Assembly (NCBI RefSeq): GCF_000017845.1 | Contig: NC_010546.1 | Location: 4,560,001-4,592,000 of the forward strand | Reading direction: 5' to 3' | Length of the DNA stretch: 32,000 nucleotides | DNA from: Crocosphaera subtropica ATCC 51142 | GTDB lineage: Bacteria; Cyanobacteriota; Cyanobacteriia; Cyanobacteriales; Microcystaceae | Shown here: piece by piece, positions 9,339 through 18,549 of the stretch | Position numbering within the stretch: the first letter of the stretch is position 1 | Layout of the letters: each line of letters begins with the position of its first letter | Notes under the pieces: model-generated | Databases searched by the model: none | Told to the model about the DNA's origin: nothing | The model's input: the letters and a program-made list of their open reading frames with translations, nothing else | Made by a program: the position numbers and the translations under genes

Positions 9339-10385
9339 TTGAACAAAAATATGAACACTAATAATAAAAATCGTTCTCACAAACCTCCTGTTTCACTCTG
9401 GATTCTTGTCGCCAGGACTGATGTTCCTTATATGCTGAAGACCATTCCCCATTTAATTCGTTCGTGTAACTATCCTTTTGTTGAGCGAGTTTTGGCAATG
9501 GATACAGCCCCACTGATAGGGGACAAACGTTATCGATATGACATAGGAAGTCAAGAACAATTAGATCAAGCTTGTCAAACTTTAATCGATCAAGGAATGA
9601 TGGACAGGGTGGCTAAAATTGATTACCATCCAGAACGAATTAAAACCATTTATGAAAAGTATTTTGGGGCCCAACAAGCTCCCCAAATGCTGAATCATAC
9701 TCATAATTGGAAGGGGTCAACGGTTTATGCTTCTTTGTATTGTATTGAAGCAGCAAAAAGCGATTATTACTTACATTTTGATGCTGATATGCTTTTGCAT
9801 CAAGATCCGGGATACGATTGGATTACAGAAGGGATAAAGTTGATGGATTCTGTCCCAACCATTGCTACTATTCGACCTTTTTGTGGCCCACCTCATCCAG
9901 AAGAAAAAATTATTCATGCTCCCAATTTTTATAGAGATGAAAGAGGATTTTATGGTCATAAGTTTTTTAGTATGAGGGCGTATTTAGTTGATAGAAAACG
10001 ATTTGTTCAACTTTCTCCGATTCCGCTCATGTGGAAATATCCTCCTTTATGGTCACGACATTTACCCCAACCCTTACAGTTTTTAGCTGCTAAAATTGAA
10101 AGAAAACTACGCAAAAGCAAAGGTTCGGTTCAAGGGGCTATTGAATCTTTTGAACCAATGACCAGCAAGAAATTATCTGAAACAGATTTTGTCAGGGCAA
10201 ATTTGTCTTCTACCCAAGCATGGACGATTCATCCACCGAAACATACTGCACAATTTATACAAGCTCTTCCTCAACTCATTAAATTGATTGAACAGGGTAA
10301 ATATCCTTTAGAGCAAGCGGGTTATTATGATCTAGTTTTAGAATCATGGCAAGACCTTTTAGAGAATAATTCTGTTTCCTTATAA
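9339..10385 (+). CDS. Hypothetical protein, possibly a GT-A-fold nucleotide-sugar transferase
   Basis: 348-aa ORF with a TTG at 9339 (alternative ATG at 9351). The sequence YYLHFDADMLLH is an acidic DxD-like motif after a beta-strand-like stretch, as in GT-A glycosyltransferases. The assignment is weak. Confidence 0.55.
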   Translation: MNKNMNTNNKNRSHKPPVSLWILVARTDVPYMLKTIPHLIRSCNYPFVERVLAMDTAPLIGDKRYRYDIGSQEQLDQACQTLIDQGMMDRVAKIDYHPERIKTIYEKYFGAQQAPQMLNHTHNWKGSTVYASLYCIEAAKSDYYLHFDADMLLHQDPGYDWITEGIKLMDSVPTIATIRPFCGPPHPEEKIIHAPNFYRDERGFYGHKFFSMRAYLVDRKRFVQLSPIPLMWKYPPLWSRHLPQPLQFLAAKIERKLRKSKGSVQGAIESFEPMTSKKLSETDFVRANLSSTQAWTIHPPKHTAQFIQALPQLIKLIEQGKYPLEQAGYYDLVLESWQDLLENNSVSL

Positions 10386-10439
10386 CAATTATGACTGTTA
10401 CAATAAGCAACGACTGATATTAAAAAAGTGAATTAAGCT

Positions 10440-11282
10440 ATGACCAGTTTACGAGAATCTATTAGACATCTTAAAAACGATATTATTTATCGATATTATC
10501 ATTTTAGGATTGATAGCAATGATGATCCTTATCAAGTTGTTATGAAAAAAGAGCCTTATAAGGTTCTTTTTATTTTAAGTCATATGCGTTCTGGCTCATC
10601 TTTATTAACCCACATTTTAATTTCTAATCCAGCGATTAAAGGTTACGGGGAGAGTCATATTCAATATCAGTCAGAAGCTGATTTAAAATCATTAATGTAT
10701 AAAATATATTTTCATAATCAAGAATTCACTAATTTCCAAGACTTAGAAAAATTGCGGATGAATCATAGCTATATTTTAGATAAACTTTTACATGACAAAA
10801 AATTATTAAACAAAAATCTTTTAAAATTAGAGAATTTTTATTTTATTTTTTTAATTAGAGAACCCCAAAGGAGTTTAATGAGTATGCTGGATCATAAACC
10901 CCATTGGACTGAAAAAAATGCAGTTAATTACTATACTCAACGCTTATCAAGTTTATCAGAATATGCTCAAATTATTCATAGTAAAGAGCGGAGTCTTTTC
11001 TTGACTCATAATCAATTAATTCATGAAACAGATAAAACATTGAAGTCCTTGCAAAGTTTCTTAAAAACTACTGAGATATTTTCAGAAAATTATGAAGTTT
11101 TAAACACTACTGGAAAGCGTAATGTAGGGGATTTTAAAGAGAATATTCGCTCCGGTCGAATTATTCGGAAAAATAGAGAGATAAATATTGATATTTCTCA
11201 AGAATCTCTTCAAGAAGCTATGGATGCTTATGGGAAATATCAATTAGAATTATCTCAAACATGTACCATTATCGATTCTTAA
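10440..11282 (+). CDS. Sulfotransferase family protein (PAPS-dependent, Sulfotransfer_1/3-like)
   Basis: 5'-PSB loop FILSHMRSGSSLLTHIL and 3'-PB-like motif FLIREPQRSLMSM, with the spacing typical of cytosolic-type sulfotransferases. Confidence 0.8.
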   Translation: MTSLRESIRHLKNDIIYRYYHFRIDSNDDPYQVVMKKEPYKVLFILSHMRSGSSLLTHILISNPAIKGYGESHIQYQSEADLKSLMYKIYFHNQEFTNFQDLEKLRMNHSYILDKLLHDKKLLNKNLLKLENFYFIFLIREPQRSLMSMLDHKPHWTEKNAVNYYTQRLSSLSEYAQIIHSKERSLFLTHNQLIHETDKTLKSLQSFLKTTEIFSENYEVLNTTGKRNVGDFKENIRSGRIIRKNREINIDISQESLQEAMDAYGKYQLELSQTCTIIDS

Positions 11283-11302
11283 CAAAAAAAATAATAATCA
11301 AA

Positions 11303-12007
11303 CTAGAATTCATATCCAAATAAACTTATTTCTTGTTGACATTTCTTTCTAATAAATTCTCTTTGTTCTTGATTTAATACTTCGGAATAATGACGTTTAT
11401 CATTGCGAACATTTCCTTTGGCATTGGGCATCCATCCATCAAAAGGAATATTTAATTTTTTAGAAATTTTTTCTAAATCTTCCATTAACGTTTCATATTT
11501 ACCTACATAATCAACAGCAAGACGATTTTTCATCGTGTAAATCTCAAAGTTATCATTAGGATTATTTCGTTGAAGAGACTCGTCTAAAGTTTCTATTTTA
11601 CCCTGTTTTTTCATATTCCAATAATATCGAGAAATGGCTTTATCCCAAGGATTACGAACAAAACAAAATTTGTAGTAACTATACCAAATTTTTGAACCGA
11701 TTCCCCTTTTTACTCGGCTAGCAGACATATGATTATAAAATGTCGTATTGATTTTAGGAATTTTTCTTTCTGTTATTAAACGATTTATATCTTCTAGTCT
11801 ATACTCCCAAGGATCAAGATAACGCGTATAATTTTCATAGTTTTGTGGCATAACTCCCAACTCTTGTCTAATTCTTTCATCAACAGAGGTTAAGGGGGTG
11901 ATTATATCATCACTACCACAAAATCGTGATAGAGAAATTTCGATACTCGTACCGGCTGTTTTAGTTGTTTTTAAGAAAATATATTTATATTTGTGAGAGA
12001 TGATCAT
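11303..12007 (-). CDS. Sulfotransferase family 2-like protein (carbohydrate-sulfotransferase type)
   Basis: N-terminal IFLKTTKTAGTSIE (the hhxPKTxGTS 5'-PSB motif of Sulfotransfer_2) and FVRNPWDKAISRYYW (the RNPxxRxxS 3'-PB motif). Confidence 0.8.
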   Translation of the reverse strand: MIISHKYKYIFLKTTKTAGTSIEISLSRFCGSDDIITPLTSVDERIRQELGVMPQNYENYTRYLDPWEYRLEDINRLITERKIPKINTTFYNHMSASRVKRGIGSKIWYSYYKFCFVRNPWDKAISRYYWNMKKQGKIETLDESLQRNNPNDNFEIYTMKNRLAVDYVGKYETLMEDLEKISKKLNIPFDGWMPNAKGNVRNDKRHYSEVLNQEQREFIRKKCQQEISLFGYEF

Positions 12008-12078
12008 CGTTTATCTTCTTTTATTAACAAATATTCTTATCAACAGATTAACATAAGTATTACCATAAAAAGTATTTT

Positions 12079-14430
12079 TTAGATAATTGAAAGCCCAACA
12101 AAAATGAGTAAACAGAAAGACGCAGTTATACCAGTTTTGAAGATAGCTCTACCTATAGGCAATTTTTTTTCTACCTTGAAAATTCCTAGCAGGGGATAGA
12201 CCGGTAAAGCCACAATTAATGCTACTAAAAATCTTAAGGCTGGATAAACATTCAGTAAAATCTTAGTAATTCTTAACTGAGTGATTGCTTCAGCAATGAA
12301 ATCAGTTTTTCGAGGAATCGATATGACTTCCCAATTTAATCCGCCATCGGTAGATTTATATAGATTAGCCATAGATGAACCAAAACCATAAATTGTTTTG
12401 TCTTGGGCATAATTAGGAGAAAAATGAAGAGGAGATGAGCCTGACATGACCATTTGACCTATAAAATGCCTTTTATTAAAATCCCTTCCAATTTCCTCAA
12501 AAGTTTCTCCTGAATCCATCGTTTTTATTAAGCCTAATCCCCGAACACTAGCAATTAAGGTTTGATCATTTTGATAGTCTGGCGAAATGGCCATGGCCTC
12601 TATACTCACATTGTCAATTGAATTAATATTAGCTAATTTTTCCCACTTTTTTCCCCCATCTATGGTTTTTAAAATTCCTTGATTGGTTCCTAGAAAAATA
12701 GTTTGATCTTGAGCATAGTTAGGTGAAACGACTAATTGTAGCAAAGCCATATCATCGAAAGAAGAGTTATCAGCAATAATTTGCCAAGTTTTTCCCCCAT
12801 CTATCGTTTTATATAGTTTATTAATTCCTGAAACAAATAAAGTTTTATCTTCAGCAAAATTGGGAGAAATAATAACAGCATTAGTTGGATGATCAAGTTT
12901 AGAAATGACTGAAAAAGTTTGACCTTTATCGTTTGAGCGATAAATAAATCCTCCATTTTTCGTGACTATATATACTGTTTTATCATTAGCAAAGTCAGGA
13001 GAAGCAACGATATAAGTGTCCCTCAAAATACCACGACCTTTACTAGAAATCATAATTTGTTGCCAATAATCACCTTGATTGGTTGATTTGAATAACTTAT
13101 AGAGAAAGGTAGCAAATAAAGTCTGATCTTGAGCATAGTTAGGTGAGAAAATGAGATCATAAAAACGGGAATATTCTATTACTATTGAAGGCTCAGAATC
13201 CCCTTGATAACTTGGCGTAGCAAACCCTCTGATAATAGGTTTCCAATTTTTTCCGCCATCCTTTGTTATGTAAGCTTCTTTTTCATAGGTACCTAGAGCG
13301 ACAGTTGAGTCGTTTTTATAATTAGGGGAAATGGCTAAACTTGTGATCACTCTAGTCGATAACGTTGGTATTTCTTGCCAACGTTTACCTCCATTGGTGG
13401 AGGTAAAAAGTCCATCAAATCCACCTAAGAAAAGCGTTTTATCTTGAGAAAAAGTTTGAGAAATTTTCAAGTCTTGAAAATGAGGTGCTGAAAACTGAGC
13501 CTCATCTGCTTGAGCATCTTTGGTTAATCCTTGGCTTATTTTTTTCCAAGTATTTCCTTTATCTTTCGATTGAAATACTCCCTCATCCCAAGTAGAGAGA
13601 AAAACCATAGAATCTTGAGAATAATTAGGAGATGGAACAATATTTCTAATTTTTTGATCTGATAATCCTTTATTGACTTGAGTAATTGATTGACCTAACT
13701 TTTCGACTTTAAAAATTCCTTTTTTTTCGGTTCCAATCCATATTATCTGCTCCTGATTAAACGTAGGAGAAAAAGCTAAGGATTGTATGTTTTCATTGTT
13801 ATTCAATGTGACAATATTAGTCCATGTAAAACCTTCATTAGATGAAAAATAAACTTTACCTGAGCTATCACTGACGGCGATGTTTTTTTTCTCATCCTCT
13901 GCAAAAGAGATAGCTGTTATTTGGGTATCTGTCATGATAGAAATCCAGTTACCTCCGCCATCATTGGTTAGATATAAACTTCCGTTTTTACTTGCAGCTA
14001 AGACAACATTTGGCGAATGGGGAGAAATAGATAATAAAGCAATTTGTTTATCATCTAATCCTTGATTGATTTGCCTCCAAGACAAACCACCATCTTGAGA
14101 GCGATAAATACCATCTCCTGGTGCAGAAATATAAAGAATTTTTGGATTTTTCGGAGCAACTGAAAGACTAGAAAAATCAAAATTATTATCGAGTCCTCGG
14201 AATAATCTATACCAGGACTTTCCTCCATTTTCTGATTTTAATAACTGTTCTCGAACAATGATATAAATTGTTTTATCTTGATTATAATTTGGGGATATTT
14301 CTACCTGCTTAATGACATCATGGGGGCGATGAGCATGAGCCATAGGCATTCCTATTAATAAGCCGAAGAGACTTAAGATAAGAATTAGAAAACATTTTAT
14401 CATCAATGAAATGAGTTTATTGAGTATCAT
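12079..14430 (-). CDS. Membrane-anchored multi-blade beta-propeller protein with Asp-box/BNR (Ycf48/sortilin-like) repeats
   Basis: At least 13 copies of an S-x-D/N-x-G-x-T/S-W/F Asp-box (for example SQDGGLSWRQI, TNDGGGNWISI, TIDGGKTWQII, STDGGLNWEVI). About 10 copies of SPNYxQDxT alternate with them. There is an N-terminal signal or anchor and a C-terminal hydrophobic region (about 2-3 TM). Confidence 0.8.
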   Translation of the reverse strand: MILNKLISLMIKCFLILILSLFGLLIGMPMAHAHRPHDVIKQVEISPNYNQDKTIYIIVREQLLKSENGGKSWYRLFRGLDNNFDFSSLSVAPKNPKILYISAPGDGIYRSQDGGLSWRQINQGLDDKQIALLSISPHSPNVVLAASKNGSLYLTNDGGGNWISIMTDTQITAISFAEDEKKNIAVSDSSGKVYFSSNEGFTWTNIVTLNNNENIQSLAFSPTFNQEQIIWIGTEKKGIFKVEKLGQSITQVNKGLSDQKIRNIVPSPNYSQDSMVFLSTWDEGVFQSKDKGNTWKKISQGLTKDAQADEAQFSAPHFQDLKISQTFSQDKTLFLGGFDGLFTSTNGGKRWQEIPTLSTRVITSLAISPNYKNDSTVALGTYEKEAYITKDGGKNWKPIIRGFATPSYQGDSEPSIVIEYSRFYDLIFSPNYAQDQTLFATFLYKLFKSTNQGDYWQQIMISSKGRGILRDTYIVASPDFANDKTVYIVTKNGGFIYRSNDKGQTFSVISKLDHPTNAVIISPNFAEDKTLFVSGINKLYKTIDGGKTWQIIADNSSFDDMALLQLVVSPNYAQDQTIFLGTNQGILKTIDGGKKWEKLANINSIDNVSIEAMAISPDYQNDQTLIASVRGLGLIKTMDSGETFEEIGRDFNKRHFIGQMVMSGSSPLHFSPNYAQDKTIYGFGSSMANLYKSTDGGLNWEVISIPRKTDFIAEAITQLRITKILLNVYPALRFLVALIVALPVYPLLGIFKVEKKLPIGRAIFKTGITASFCLLIFVGLSII

Positions 14431-14497
14431 CTTAAAGTAAGCTTATAAGTCTCTTCTAAATAAATTAATAGAATTGATAGTTGATTAGAATTCAACT

Positions 14498-15199
14498 TTA
14501 ATCCTGTTCTAATCGCTGAAAAAATTGTAGCATAGCCTCACGAATCGTCATTTCTGTTTCTTGGTTTAACATTAAACGAAAATATCCTGACAGTTTTTGA
14601 ATTTGAGTTACTGTTAATTGTCGTTTTTCAAGAAGATTTAGGAGATTGTCTATAGCAATTAGTCGTTTTAGTTCATTAGCGTCGCTTAACTGTGATACCC
14701 ATTCTTGATATTGATTTTCCTGTTTTTTTCTAGGTAAATCAAAAATTTGCCACCCCAATAACCCTAGCGTTAGGAAAGTTCCCAAACCTTGGAAAATTAA
14801 TCCAGTGGCTAACCACTGATTTTCTGCATTAGACCAAATATAAAGAGCAATATAACTACTAATTGCTCCGAAACCGCCAGTTATTACAGCGATCGCTAAT
14901 TTTCCTTGAGAACTATTAAAAAATTGATACCAGTATAACCAACGATTTTGCCAGTTAGTGGTCTGAACCCAATAGACTAACCCCATCAAACCCAGTCCGG
15001 TTAAGGTTGCTCCCACCAGTTTCGGGTTCCAAGCTAACATGAGGGTTGTTCCCATTGATCCCAATGACCACAGTAGCATTGTGCGTGGTTGTTTGCGGAG
15101 TAACAAAGAAATGACCTTGATCGCCCCGTATTTTAGTCCACTTAAGGAAAGAGTGGATAATAGATCAACAATGGGTTTAGATCGCAATGAGACTTGCAT
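14498..15199 (-). CDS. Hypothetical integral membrane protein with a helical soluble C-terminal tail
   Basis: 233-aa ORF with 4-5 hydrophobic segments and a Trp-rich loop (TTNWQNRWLYWYQFF). It contains a HIP1 site at 14889-14896. Confidence 0.65.
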   Translation of the reverse strand: MQVSLRSKPIVDLLSTLSLSGLKYGAIKVISLLLRKQPRTMLLWSLGSMGTTLMLAWNPKLVGATLTGLGLMGLVYWVQTTNWQNRWLYWYQFFNSSQGKLAIAVITGGFGAISSYIALYIWSNAENQWLATGLIFQGLGTFLTLGLLGWQIFDLPRKKQENQYQEWVSQLSDANELKRLIAIDNLLNLLEKRQLTVTQIQKLSGYFRLMLNQETEMTIREAMLQFFQRLEQD

Positions 15200-15378
15200 T
15201 ACCGAGGATGCCTAAATAAACGTATGCTGATGTTTACTATATCCTTAATCTAGTTGAATTCAACGACTTTTTCTTGAGTAACTTGATACAATTCTTTACA
15301 TATCAACGTCATTTCTCGTCCTTTTGGCTGATTGGTCTTAAAATTTAGTATTATTTACAGGTTTAATTGGTGTAAACA

Positions 15379-15420
15379 GTATCCAATTATACAAAATGAA
15401 GTAAAGCCTATCTTTACTAT
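15379..15420 (+). promoter_or_regulatory. NtcA-activated glnA promoter (NtcA box plus -10)
   Basis: GTATCCAATTATAC at 15379-15392 is a perfect GTA-N8-TAC site. TACTAT (TAN3T) at 15415-15420 begins 22 nt downstream of the box. This is the canonical class II NtcA geometry, and it lies about 47 nt upstream of the glnA ATG. Confidence 0.75.
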
Positions 15421-15466
15421 CAATCATTTGAAGAGATGTATATATTGAAACCCCAAGGAGTCTTTC

Positions 15467-16888
15467 ATGGCCCAAACGCCCCAAGAAGTCTTGAAAATGA
15501 TTCAAGACAACAACATCAAAATTATTGACCTCAAATTCATTGATCTACCAGGGATTTGGCAGCATTGCTCTTTTTATTACAATCAAATTGATGAGAGTTC
15601 ATTTGTCGATGGGGTTCCTTTCGACGGTTCGAGTATTCGGGGATGGAAAGCTATCAACGAATCTGATATGTGTATGGTTCCTGACCCGAAAACGGCTTGG
15701 ATCGACCCTTTTTATGAAGAACCTACCTTAAGCATGATTTGTGGCATTAAAGAGCCTCGTACGGGGGAATGGTACGATCGTGACCCTCGTACTATTGCTG
15801 GTAAAGCAGTAGAGTATCTTCAAAGCACAGGGATTGGTGATACAGCCTTTTTCGGTCCTGAAGCAGAGTTTTTCGTGTTTGATGATGTTCGTTTTGATCA
15901 AACCGAGAACAAAGGCTACTATTACGTTGATAGCATAGAAGGTCGTTGGAATACCGGCAGAGAAGAAGAAGGCGGAAACTTAGGTTATAAGCCCGGTTAT
16001 AAACAAGGGTATTTTCCTGTCGCTCCCACCGATACCGTTCAGGATATGCGGACAGAAATGCTGCTAACTATGGCTGAATGTGGGGTTCCCATTGAGAAGC
16101 ATCACCATGAAGTAGCAACTGGGGGGCAAAATGAATTAGGGTTCCGCTTTGCCACCTTGATAGAAGCGGCCGATTATTTAATGACCTACAAATATGTCAT
16201 TAAAAACGTGGCTAAGAAATATGGTAAAACCGTAACATTTATGCCCAAGCCCTTATTTAACGATAATGGTTCTGGGATGCACACCCACCAGTCCATTTGG
16301 AAGGGCGGAGAACCTTTATTCTGGGGTGACGGTTACGCCAACTTAAGTAAATTAGCCTTAAACTACATCGGTGGCATTTTAAAACACGCCCCTGCTTTAT
16401 TAGCCTTTACTAACCCCACCACTAATTCTTACAAACGTCTCGTCCCTGGGTTTGAAGCTCCTGTAAACCTCGCTTATTCTCAAGGAAACCGCTCTGCTTC
16501 GGTGCGTATTCCCTTGTCTGGTCCTAACCCCAAGGCAAAACGCTTAGAGTTCCGTTGCCCTGATGCAACTTGTAACCCCTATTTAGCGTTTGCTGCCATG
16601 CTTTGTGCAGGGATCGATGGTATCAAGAATGAAATTGACCCAGGAGAATCTTTAGATGTAGATATCTACGATCTTTCTCCTGAAGAATTAAGCAAAATTC
16701 CTTCTACTCCTGGCTCTCTTGAACAGGCGTTAGAAAGCTTAGAAAAGGATCATGCTTTCTTAATTGATGGGGGTGTCTTTACACAAGACTTTATCGAGAA
16801 TTGGATTGAATATAAACTCGATAATGAAGTTAATCCTATGCGTTTACGGCCTCATCCCTATGAGTTTGCTTTGTACTACGATGTCTAA
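15467..16888 (+). CDS. glnA: Glutamine synthetase type I (GlnA)
   Basis: 473 aa, with GS-I signatures [35 protein letters not shown] and [10 protein letters not shown], plus the adenylylation-loop region. Confidence 0.97.
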   Translation: MAQTPQEVLKMIQDNNIKIIDLKFIDLPGIWQHCSFYYNQIDESSFVDGVPFDGSSIRGWKAINESDMCMVPDPKTAWIDPFYEEPTLSMICGIKEPRTGEWYDRDPRTIAGKAVEYLQSTGIGDTAFFGPEAEFFVFDDVRFDQTENKGYYYVDSIEGRWNTGREEEGGNLGYKPGYKQGYFPVAPTDTVQDMRTEMLLTMAECGVPIEKHHHEVATGGQNELGFRFATLIEAADYLMTYKYVIKNVAKKYGKTVTFMPKPLFNDNGSGMHTHQSIWKGGEPLFWGDGYANLSKLALNYIGGILKHAPALLAFTNPTTNSYKRLVPGFEAPVNLAYSQGNRSASVRIPLSGPNPKAKRLEFRCPDATCNPYLAFAAMLCAGIDGIKNEIDPGESLDVDIYDLSPEELSKIPSTPGSLEQALESLEKDHAFLIDGGVFTQDFIENWIEYKLDNEVNPMRLRPHPYEFALYYDV

Positions 16889-16915
16889 AATTAAAGTCAT
16901 TATTTAGTTTATGCT

Positions 16916-16941
16916 GCCACCATCATGGTGGCGTTTTTTTT
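16916..16941 (+). terminator. Rho-independent terminator of glnA
   Basis: GCCACCA-tca-TGGTGGC is a 7-bp GC-rich stem followed by GTTTTTTTT, 28 nt after the glnA stop. Confidence 0.8.
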
Positions 16942-16970
16942 AGATATTTAAGCTAGCGTGGGGACACGGC

Positions 16971-17531
16971 TTAAAAACTTATGATTCTTTTTCTTTTACA
17001 ATACCCACCTAAGCCAAAAAGCATTAATGCTATGCAAGATGTAGGCTCAGGGATTTCTTTAACAGTAACTGACTCATTACTTGTAATAGACTGACCGTTT
17101 TGACTAATGATCCCCATATCCCCAACCCCTTGACTATCATAATTAGAACTATTACCGAGAGAATGATTGCCAATAGATGCAATAAAAGCAGAAGAATTTC
17201 CTAGGGCATACTCAAGAAAAAATGAGTTTAAATCTATATTATCCAAGTTATGAGTAAAATCAGCGAAAGTCGAGTTTCCTGCAAAAAAATTCATTTCATA
17301 TGCAAACACTTCATTGATGTTAGGATTAGGGTGAAATATAATCATATCATCGCCATTTCTATCTTCTCCTGAAAAGGTTCCGACCACTTCTGCTGTGGTT
17401 CTTTCTCCGTCCTGTTTCCATCCTGATTGAGAAAATGCAAAGGTTAGTGCATTGGCAGGTTGCCCACCTATTACCATAGCAACAGTCAATCCTATTGTCC
17501 CAATTGACAAGGACTGTATTAGTTTTTTCAT
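16971..17531 (-). CDS. PEP-CTERM sorting-domain secreted protein (paralog A)
   Basis: Signal peptide MKKLIQSLSIGTIGLTVAMVIGGQPANA. The C-terminus IPEPTSCIALMLFGLGGYCKRKRI has the PEP motif, a TM helix and a basic cluster. Confidence 0.85.
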   Translation of the reverse strand: MKKLIQSLSIGTIGLTVAMVIGGQPANALTFAFSQSGWKQDGERTTAEVVGTFSGEDRNGDDMIIFHPNPNINEVFAYEMNFFAGNSTFADFTHNLDNIDLNSFFLEYALGNSSAFIASIGNHSLGNSSNYDSQGVGDMGIISQNGQSITSNESVTVKEIPEPTSCIALMLFGLGGYCKRKRIISF

Positions 17532-17828
17532 AATGGTACAATTACTGAAAATTTATTGAGACTTACCCAATAATACTTACTCCTTTAGATATTTAGGTCA
17601 ATCGTAAAAATACCTAATCTTGATTTTATTGACAATCTGCTCTATGGTATATTCTCTATAGAATTAAACAATTTATAACGGTATCATAACAAAAAGTTTT
17701 AACATATTTATTTTTGATTGTCGATGATCACAATCATAGGTTAGGAGTGATTGTAATCCTTGAGGCAGGATTAATCAACAATTATTCTGAATATAGAATC
17801 TAAACTAAATATTTAAGAGAAACTCAAT

Positions 17829-18470
17829 ATGAATATTAATTTAACCTCTCTAGGATTACTAGGAGTGAGTATCAGTATGGGTGCAGTTTTGAGTGTTGCT
17901 CCTATTAACCCCGTTCAAGCTGGTTCACTTAATAAAGAGATAGTCGATACTAACGGTCATAAAATGGGTCGCATCGAATTTAGTTGGGACGATAGTATGG
18001 TCACTAATAATATATTAAGTCGTTTTGACTCCTTAAACAGTTTTAATATAACTGATTATGGTGAGATGCATTATGATCTTGACTTTGCTAAAACTGCACA
18101 CTTTCAAAACTTCGACTTTAATGTTAGTACCGGTAAATTAAGGATTTTTGCCTACAATCTATCGAGAGAAACTGCAACACGAAAATACGGTTTTACTCTT
18201 TGGAGCAAAGACTTTGATTCCGATGTAGTATCCTCTAGTGTGATCGCCTCCAATCTCCCTAATGAGCAAGCTTTAGATCAAGCTTTAAAAACTAATAAGT
18301 ATTCCGTTAATTTGAATTTAGGTGCGTCTGGGTCTATTACTGCTGTTGATAATGTTTCCCTACAGGAACCACAACCCCAAGATCCACCTAGTGTCCCTGA
18401 AAATAGTTTAACCACGGCTTTATTAATTATTGCTGGACTGGTTTTTCTCAGTCCCCGAAAAATTTTCTAA
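17829..18470 (+). CDS. Secreted hypothetical protein with a degenerate PEP-CTERM-like C-terminus
   Basis: Signal peptide ending in PVQA. The C-terminus is PPSVPENSLTTALLIIAGLVFLSPRKIF (VPE, then a TM helix, then a basic tail). Confidence 0.6.
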   Translation: MNINLTSLGLLGVSISMGAVLSVAPINPVQAGSLNKEIVDTNGHKMGRIEFSWDDSMVTNNILSRFDSLNSFNITDYGEMHYDLDFAKTAHFQNFDFNVSTGKLRIFAYNLSRETATRKYGFTLWSKDFDSDVVSSSVIASNLPNEQALDQALKTNKYSVNLNLGASGSITAVDNVSLQEPQPQDPPSVPENSLTTALLIIAGLVFLSPRKIF

Positions 18471-18503
18471 CATTAACAACAACAGTTATTTTTTTAGGTA
18501 ATC

Positions 18504-18540
18504 AACCCACACTGAGTTTGACAGAATTTCAGTGTGGGTT
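18504..18540. terminator. Strong hairpin between convergent genes (probable terminator)
   Basis: AACCCACACTGA-N13-TCAGTGTGGGTT is a perfect 12-bp stem. It lies 34 nt after the + gene stop and 10 nt after the - gene stop. The U-tracts are non-canonical on both strands. Confidence 0.55.
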
Positions 18541-18549
18541 ATGTCTTTA

